Both the position numbers and the translations under genes were made by a program. Below, piece after piece: positions 58,386 to 64,000 of a DNA stretch of 64,000 nt. The stretch lies in contig NZ_JOMG01000001.1 of the NCBI RefSeq assembly GCF_000711225.1, positions 292,855 through 356,854 on the forward strand, read 5' to 3'. Under the pieces are notes generated by a model. That model worked only from the letters and a program-made list of their open reading frames with translations. It did not search any database and had not been told where the DNA came from. The number at the start of each line of letters is the position of its first letter. Position 1 is the first letter of the stretch. Source of the DNA: Pelobacter seleniigenes DSM 18267 (lineage in GTDB: Bacteria; Desulfobacterota; Desulfuromonadia; Desulfuromonadales; Geopsychrobacteraceae).

Positions 58386-59579
58386 TTAGTGCTTCTTCTC
58401 AAAAGTATAGCTGCCATCAGCATTTACGATGATGGTTGAGTCCAGATACTGCAGATTGCTTTTGTTGCCATAGTCGGTATCCAGAATCGCATAGAAAGCA
58501 CCACCGGCACGGCTGCCAGTTGCACAGTGGAGGGCGATACGGCCTTCTTTGGGCAGCTTGGCAATGGATTCCTGTTCTTTGGAGTAGAAGTCTTCATCAA
58601 AGATGTTTATAGCACCGGGAATATGAGCTGCGTCAAAGTCTTCTTTAGAGCGGACATCAACGACAGTCAGTTTTCCGGCAGCCAGAAGCTTGGTGAACTC
58701 TTCCGGGGTAATGACTTCCGGAAGGGCATTTTTAGCAACTGCCTTTTTCTTTACGCCACTCGCTTCATTACCCCACAGAGGTAACCCGGCTTCCTTCCAG
58801 GCGGGTTCGCCTGCGGCATAAACCGAGACGTTTTTATAGCCCATGGACAATGCCAGGGTGGCGCTTTCATGACTCAGTTTGCACTTGTAGCCGCCGCAAT
58901 AAAAGACCAGCGGAATATTCTTGTCTTCGGGGAGCAATCCCTTTTTGGCTTCAAACTCTGCTTTAGGCAGCGACAGAGCTGAAGGGATGAAGGCTTGCTG
59001 GTATTTTACGCCAGGGCGGGCATCAATGATCAGTAACGGCTCTTTGCCCGGTTTAGTGACCAGTTTTTCAAGCGCCGGAGTCTCAATTTCTGCGTAATTT
59101 CCTGCTGCAATCCAACCAGGCATTCCTTCATACCAGACTTTGACATTTTTATAGCCCGCTTTCATGGCAATCTGGGCAGAAGCCGGGCTCAAGCCGCAAT
59201 GCAGCCCGCCACAGTAAAAAATCAACATCTTATCTTTGGCCAGTTTATCCAGGTTTTGAGGCAGAAGAGGTTTCGGAATATTGACAGCACCCGGCACATG
59301 GCCTTCTTCAAACTTAACGGCAGGACGCGCGTCAATCAACTGGAATGACTTATTCTGCTCCAGTGTTTCTGCCACCAGTGTCGCACCGGCAAATTCTTTG
59401 CTGAACAGCGCCATCACTTCTTGAGTGGTTATTCTCAGCTTAGGATCCTGTGGGACATTTTTCTGTTCAGGAGCTGTCACTTTGTCAGCTGCTGCTTCCT
59501 TTACGGTTGTTGAGGCACAGCCTGTAATCAAAAAGGTTGATGTCAAAATCGCTAACAGCAGTAGAACCAGTTTCCTCAT
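58386..59579 (-). CDS. triple-rhodanese-domain lipoprotein (thiosulfate/polysulfide sulfurtransferase-like)
   Basis: Lipobox FLITGCAS. Three rhodanese repeats, two with active-site CGGxxCxxS loops (YCGGLHCGLS, YCGGYKCKLS) and a third with CATGSRAG. Confidence 0.8.
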   Translation of the reverse strand: MRKLVLLLLAILTSTFLITGCASTTVKEAAADKVTAPEQKNVPQDPKLRITTQEVMALFSKEFAGATLVAETLEQNKSFQLIDARPAVKFEEGHVPGAVNIPKPLLPQNLDKLAKDKMLIFYCGGLHCGLSPASAQIAMKAGYKNVKVWYEGMPGWIAAGNYAEIETPALEKLVTKPGKEPLLIIDARPGVKYQQAFIPSALSLPKAEFEAKKGLLPEDKNIPLVFYCGGYKCKLSHESATLALSMGYKNVSVYAAGEPAWKEAGLPLWGNEASGVKKKAVAKNALPEVITPEEFTKLLAAGKLTVVDVRSKEDFDAAHIPGAINIFDEDFYSKEQESIAKLPKEGRIALHCATGSRAGGAFYAILDTDYGNKSNLQYLDSTIIVNADGSYTFEKKH

Positions 59580-59897
59580 GCTTATACTCCTCCTGAAGGA
59601 AAGGGATGCGAAACAGGCCAGCTCATATCCGGGAACGGATCCTTCTTCCCATGGCTTTTCAATCCTGATTATTGAACGCCGGGCGATACCCTGTGTGGCT
59701 GCGACCAAAACCTGATTGTCCAGACATTGCGAAAAAACATTCGTTCCAATCTAAAGACCTGGCAGTCGGTGTCAGAATTTTCCAGATATCAACATGTCAA
59801 CAAATATGTTAGTTTTCCCCCTATATATACATATAGAGAAAATACATGTCCATCTTCATTTAACAGTCTTCCATGATTAATTCTGAGGAGATCGAGA

Positions 59898-60350
59898 ATG
59901 GTTAAAGTCATCACCCTGATGGGGGCCCTTGTTTTTGCCGCTTCCGTAGCGGTTGCCGCTGAACCGTTACTGGAAAACTACATCAGGACCTATGATTACG
60001 CTGCCCGTCTGGAAATGAAAGTCAGTAGCCAAAAACTGCTGGATATGCTGGAAGATGGCAAGGCGGTATTGGTGGACATCCGCTTCAAAGAAGAACAGGA
60101 CGCCTGGGGACCCAGTTTTGCGTTGAAGATTCCGTTGAATGAGCTTCCTGAGCGTCTCGGAGAACTTCCAGCGGACAAGATTATTGTCACCGCCTGCCCG
60201 CATAAGGATCGGGCAATTATAGCCATGACCTATCTGCGCTCCAAAGGGATTGCCGCGCGTTATTTAACCGACGGGCTGCTTGGGCTGCTGGCTAATCTGC
60301 GTGGCGATGATGCCAAGTATTTTCTGGAGATGTATAAGCAGAACAAATAG
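59898..60350 (+). CDS. secreted single-domain rhodanese-like protein
   Basis: Signal peptide. VLVDIRFKEE...TACPHKDRA rhodanese fold with Cys loop. Confidence 0.65.
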   Translation: MVKVITLMGALVFAASVAVAAEPLLENYIRTYDYAARLEMKVSSQKLLDMLEDGKAVLVDIRFKEEQDAWGPSFALKIPLNELPERLGELPADKIIVTACPHKDRAIIAMTYLRSKGIAARYLTDGLLGLLANLRGDDAKYFLEMYKQNK

Positions 60351-60353
60351 TTG

Positions 60354-62144
60354 TCATTCCTGCTTTGCATTGTTATGAAATACCGCACCTTCAATGCGGT
60401 TTCTGCCATTGTTTTTGGCCTTGTAAAGCAACGCATCACACGCATTGAGCAGCTCTTCGGCTAGAACTTCCTGTGCACCGGTCAGGGTCAATACGCCGAT
60501 ACTCACAGTCACATGATCTGAGACTTTCGAACCTTTATGTGGAAGGGCCAGGGCTTCAATCCCGCAACGAACCTGTTCTGCCAGTGCCAGGGCATCTTGG
60601 TGCTCGGTTGCCGGCAAGATACAGACAAATTCTTCACCACCGTATCGGGCTACAGTGTCCGTCGGACGTTTAAGCGTTTTTGCAAAGACCAGCGCTACGG
60701 CCCGAAGACAGTCATCTCCGTGTAAATGGCCATAAATGTCATTGAATTGTTTAAAGTAGTCAATGTCCACCAAAAACAGAGAGAGCGGTGCTTCAGACCG
60801 GTTTTGACGTTTAATTTCACTGGCGAAGGTTTCATCAAAAAGGCGCCGGTTCACCAGGCCGGTCAGCGAATCTTTGCTGGCCAGTTTGGCGAGTTCCCGG
60901 TTCATGGTTTCAATTTCGCGGGTTGATGTGTCAACCAGACGGTGCAGGACGCGCATGGTGCGGAATTGCCGTGACTCTTCCAATTTGGGATCGTATTTTT
61001 CTGAGTCTGATGCCGCTACGGGATCTCCTTCGGATAGGGATAAAACGGTCATCGTCTGGCTGAAGAAATACGGCTTCCCGGATTTATGACTGAAATATTC
61101 GCCGTAGCAGAAGAACCCGCAGGCCGGTGCAAGATCTTCCAGCGATGACAGCTCCACCGTAATATCTGCGCCCAGGATCCACTTCCGGGAGACGCAGGAG
61201 TAGATGAAAATCGATTGCGGATTGTAGGCGCGCACCTCTTCATTGATCAGCTGAGAGCCAATCGCCAGCAGTCCGGCGTGGCAGAAGCCGAAGCGTAACT
61301 GTTCCCCTGGATAGAAGTCGTGGATATAATGAAACGATCCATCTTCATTGACGCCCGTAGCATGAATCGCCATGGGAATACCGTCGCGTTCGATAATCAG
61401 GGGGAAATCGGCAGCGGACAAGGGCAAACCGTCAGCAACTTCCTGCCCCAGATAGTGGGCATAAATGTCATAGGGCGACATGTCGTCAATGGAATAGACG
61501 ACCGGTCCCTGGGCTTCGGTGATGGTCAGTTTTTTGCCGATGGGAACCCAGCTCAGGTTGTAGGCGTTATCCGCCCTGAGCGCCTTGCCGGATAATGACG
61601 CTGCGGCAATCCCGTGTTCGGTCAGTCCGTGCTGAGTGAACACAAAAGTTATCGCGCCTTTACCGTTATCTCCAGCCTGTCCGCCGGCAATGATGGCACT
61701 ACCGCTGCGGGAATGGATGGCATCCAGCAGTGGTTCGCCATTGATTGTGTGCTTGTTCTTGATCCCGCATCCGAGCACGATGAGCGCCTTGGTATCCGGT
61801 CGGCACAGCGCATCACCTATTTCCTGACCGGCACCTGGCAGATCGTCATTTTGGGTGACCAGGTGGGAACAGATGCACGAGTGTTCAAACATCAAAATAC
61901 TGATCAGAATCTGTCCGTCCAGAGAGCGGGCATCAATAATCTCACCAGCGGTGCTGGTTCCGATCAGGGGTACGCCGGGAAAACATTGGGTGATGTGTGA
62001 GACAAGCTTGAGAACGACAGCTTGATCCTGTTCGCCACTGAAGACCTGAATCAGGACCTGTTCCGGGGGGTAAGAGTTCACCTGATCCTTCACTGCGTCC
62101 AGATCGGCATAATCGTTATAGACGATATTGATAGTTTTGATCAT
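60354..62144 (-). CDS. FIST_N-FIST_C sensor diguanylate cyclase (GGDEF)
   Basis: N-terminal ~380 aa FIST architecture (LIGTSTAGEI...). C-terminal GGDEF (RYGGEEF, DIDYFKQFNDIYGHLHGD). Confidence 0.8.
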   Translation of the reverse strand: MIKTINIVYNDYADLDAVKDQVNSYPPEQVLIQVFSGEQDQAVVLKLVSHITQCFPGVPLIGTSTAGEIIDARSLDGQILISILMFEHSCICSHLVTQNDDLPGAGQEIGDALCRPDTKALIVLGCGIKNKHTINGEPLLDAIHSRSGSAIIAGGQAGDNGKGAITFVFTQHGLTEHGIAAASLSGKALRADNAYNLSWVPIGKKLTITEAQGPVVYSIDDMSPYDIYAHYLGQEVADGLPLSAADFPLIIERDGIPMAIHATGVNEDGSFHYIHDFYPGEQLRFGFCHAGLLAIGSQLINEEVRAYNPQSIFIYSCVSRKWILGADITVELSSLEDLAPACGFFCYGEYFSHKSGKPYFFSQTMTVLSLSEGDPVAASDSEKYDPKLEESRQFRTMRVLHRLVDTSTREIETMNRELAKLASKDSLTGLVNRRLFDETFASEIKRQNRSEAPLSLFLVDIDYFKQFNDIYGHLHGDDCLRAVALVFAKTLKRPTDTVARYGGEEFVCILPATEHQDALALAEQVRCGIEALALPHKGSKVSDHVTVSIGVLTLTGAQEVLAEELLNACDALLYKAKNNGRNRIEGAVFHNNAKQE

Positions 62145-62202
62145 AGACGCTCATGTCTTTGCTGGTTAGTTTGCGAGATATGTTATTCATCTACTCGTGT
62201 CC

Positions 62203-62358
62203 CGTTCGGTTAATTATATGTATTAATTTTGAGTCCTTTTTGTTGCTGTCAAGGCGTGCCGCAGGCCTAGCTTAGGCTAAGCCGAGAAGGCAGAACGTAG
62301 ACAGCGGCAAAAAGGACCGAAATCGGAATAGAGAACTAACCGTACGGGACACGAGGTC
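62203..62358 (-). ncRNA. orphan copy of the IS110-leader-like element (repeat family C) in the 5' region of the FIST-GGDEF gene
   Basis: ~80% identity to 46812-46969 (e.g. AAGGCGTGCC..GCAGGCC...GAAGGCAGAACGTAGACAGCGGCAAAAAGGACC...TAGAGAACTAACCG). No transposase ORF follows. Confidence 0.3.
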
Positions 62359-62632
62359 TTGAGTATACCAATTGCTTCTAAACTCATGCAGCGCCCCCTC
62401 CACGAATCTGCCATCCTCCCCTGAGTCGAGCTAATAAATGAATTTCAGTATGTGATAGGTTGGGAGATACTAGGGACATCCATGATAAGTAAAGTCAAGG
62501 GGAAAGCAGAGGTTTCCCTTTACCTCGCGGGCCTATCAATCGCAAATTTAAGCAGGAAAACCTGCTTGTGGCATCGATGAGTGATGTGCCAAACATGATC
62601 GGGTAAACAGTAACAATTTGCACGTGGCATTT

Positions 62633-62728
62633 CGTTTCCCCCTATGATTTTTAGGTGAAAATAGCAAGTCTAAATACGACAATTGCCCTTTTATGACTTA
62701 ATTTCTTTTATAAATCAAACACATAACT
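62633..62728 (+). repeat. repeat family D, copy 3
   Basis: CGTTTCCCCC...AAATAGCAAG...AATACGACAATTGCCCTTTTATGACTTAATTTCTTTTATAAATCAAACACATAAC. Homologous to 57702-57806. Confidence 0.4.
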
Positions 62729-62815
62729 AGATCAGACCCTGTAATCAGAAAATTTAAGTTACTTGACCAGGCCCACCTCCAAGCCGGTAATGCTCCGCTG
62801 CCCAGACCGGATAGC

Positions 62816-63865
62816 CTACCTTCTCAAAAAACCCTTAAAGCCAACTCCCCCTACGGCAAAAATATCAATGGCATTCATACTATCCCGTGCATGGCGCCGC
62901 AGATGAAATCCATCACCGTCCTTGGCAACCTTGTAAAGAGTTTCCTTATATTTTTCATTTCCCGAGGTAGCAAGAGCCTTACAGAGCCAGGCGATTTCGT
63001 CGACTGAATGGTTCTCATCGATATCCAGATAATTGTCTAGAATTTTCCTGTTTATGACTTCATATAGAGCTGGGGCTTTCATCAACCCGCCCCTGACGAT
63101 ATGCTTGGCAGCAATAATGACAGTTGCAATCGAGTCTGAATTAATTTGTTCAAGATATTCTTTTTCAATTGCAGACATCTGTATATTTGGCTTTTTCAGA
63201 AATGATTTTTTTTCAGGCGCGGCAATAAAAATTTGATTATTTGCCAATAACTGATTGATCGATTTATGAATTTCTTCTGAGACAACATCAATTTCGTTCT
63301 GGTTTAACCATGGATAAAAAGGAAAGAAAATCCAACCAGCATACACATCAAGATCGACAGAGAAATTCAATTTTTCCAGAACTTCCGTCCCTTCCAGTAT
63401 TGCAACCTCCACGCTGATAAAATCATGGTGTCGAATATAGCTTGGGATCGCTCCTAAACTTAAACCAGTAAAAATATCTAACAAGCCTGCATCTCCATAC
63501 CACTTTTCGGTGATTGTAACCGCTATCTGATGGGAGAATCTCATATTTGAAGATTTGTCATAATAGATAAATTCGTAGCCATCTTGAACAAGTAAAGCTT
63601 TAATTTTATCGCGATAGAGGTACCGTGTGAATTGATTATGAGCCTTACCCGATGGCCAAAGATAGTCAATACTAACCGGCAAGAGAGAGCCATTGAGCGT
63701 CATCACTTTTGAATAGTGATTCTCGTTTTTGATGGGAACCCTGACAAGACATCCAGTTACTAAAAATGAAAAAAGCACGATAACTGTAGCTATTGATAAA
63801 AAGCGTAACCATCTTCCCTGCTGTTTCGATCGGCGTATCGATTTTAATTGTGCATTGAGATCCAT
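62816..63865 (-). CDS. AT-rich gene for a membrane-anchored / lipoprotein-like protein of unknown function
   Basis: N-terminal TM with Cys (LFSFLVTGCLV). No recognisable catalytic motif. C-terminal alpha-helical repeat-like region. ~38% GC. Confidence 0.35.
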   Translation of the reverse strand: MDLNAQLKSIRRSKQQGRWLRFLSIATVIVLFSFLVTGCLVRVPIKNENHYSKVMTLNGSLLPVSIDYLWPSGKAHNQFTRYLYRDKIKALLVQDGYEFIYYDKSSNMRFSHQIAVTITEKWYGDAGLLDIFTGLSLGAIPSYIRHHDFISVEVAILEGTEVLEKLNFSVDLDVYAGWIFFPFYPWLNQNEIDVVSEEIHKSINQLLANNQIFIAAPEKKSFLKKPNIQMSAIEKEYLEQINSDSIATVIIAAKHIVRGGLMKAPALYEVINRKILDNYLDIDENHSVDEIAWLCKALATSGNEKYKETLYKVAKDGDGFHLRRHARDSMNAIDIFAVGGVGFKGFLRR

Positions 63866-64000
63866 CGCCCTCTCCTTAAATATTAGTGAAAGAAGTTTTC
63901 CGAAATGGTTTATGATTCCATTCCAAAGAAGCACGAAATCACCTTTTGCTATCCATTATGGTTAATAGGCAAATATTATGCCGATCATAAGAAAGCCCCT

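Noticed and set aside
62203-62358. Possible c-di-GMP (GEMM) riboswitch upstream of the FIST-GGDEF gene
   Set aside because: Sequence does not resemble GEMM-I or GEMM-II conserved cores as I recall them. The homology to the IS110 leader is a better explanation.
1-64000. Search for tRNA, rRNA, tmRNA and CRISPR arrays
   Set aside because: No cloverleaf-compatible GTTC/TTCGA T-arm plus acceptor patterns, no rRNA-like conserved blocks, and no regularly spaced direct repeats were seen. The only spaced repeats are the MITE and D families listed above.

Overview
High-GC (~60%) chromosomal segment with dense coding on both strands. Its gene content looks like a Desulfuromonadota / Geobacter-like deltaproteobacterium: sigma54-dependent regulator, TctCBA and TRAP transporters, radical SAM, periplasmic tetraheme flavocytochrome, multiple GGDEF proteins. 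This taxonomic guess is inference from gene content only.

Main blocks, left to right:
(1) Periplasmic binding-protein-like gene, sensor kinase and NtrC-type regulator next to tctCBA.
(2) MgtC, EamA, SDR, radical SAM.
(3) LtaS/sulfatase-family gene with dgkA, followed by a PmrAB/QseBC-like two-component pair.
(4) GntR, a trigger-factor paralog lacking the PPIase domain, a tautomerase, MFS, and a PAP2-domain lipoprotein with autotransporter beta-strand repeats.
(5) GntR with TRAP dctPQM, a DapA-family gene and a PfkB kinase (sugar-acid catabolism).
(6) cheW next to flotillin and nfeD.
(7) A strongly AT-rich islet with two unknown lipoproteins.
(8) Peroxiredoxin, VOC, YdgA-like, uxaA, uxaB.
(9) An AT-rich block with a YegD-like Hsp70 and a membrane GGDEF protein.
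(10) IS110-family insertion sequence.
(11) AKR, SDR and epimerase operon with a divergent AraC regulator.
(12) Flavocytochrome c.
(13) HAD hydrolase flanked by miniature repeats.
(14) DUF938, TetR, GNAT and a small CBM48-like protein.
(15) Rhodanese genes and a FIST-GGDEF gene.
(16) An AT-rich lipoprotein gene at the window end.

I saw no CRISPR array, rRNA or tRNA.

The most unusual content is non-coding:
- At least four families of short interspersed repeats (MITE-like elements A and B with terminal inverted repeats, leader-like repeat C, ~100-bp repeat D), including one element nested inside another.
- An IS110 element whose 5' leader (a candidate bridge/seek RNA) has a homologous orphan copy in front of a FIST-GGDEF gene.
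- Several perfect palindromes and stable hairpins in unusually long ORF-free spacers.
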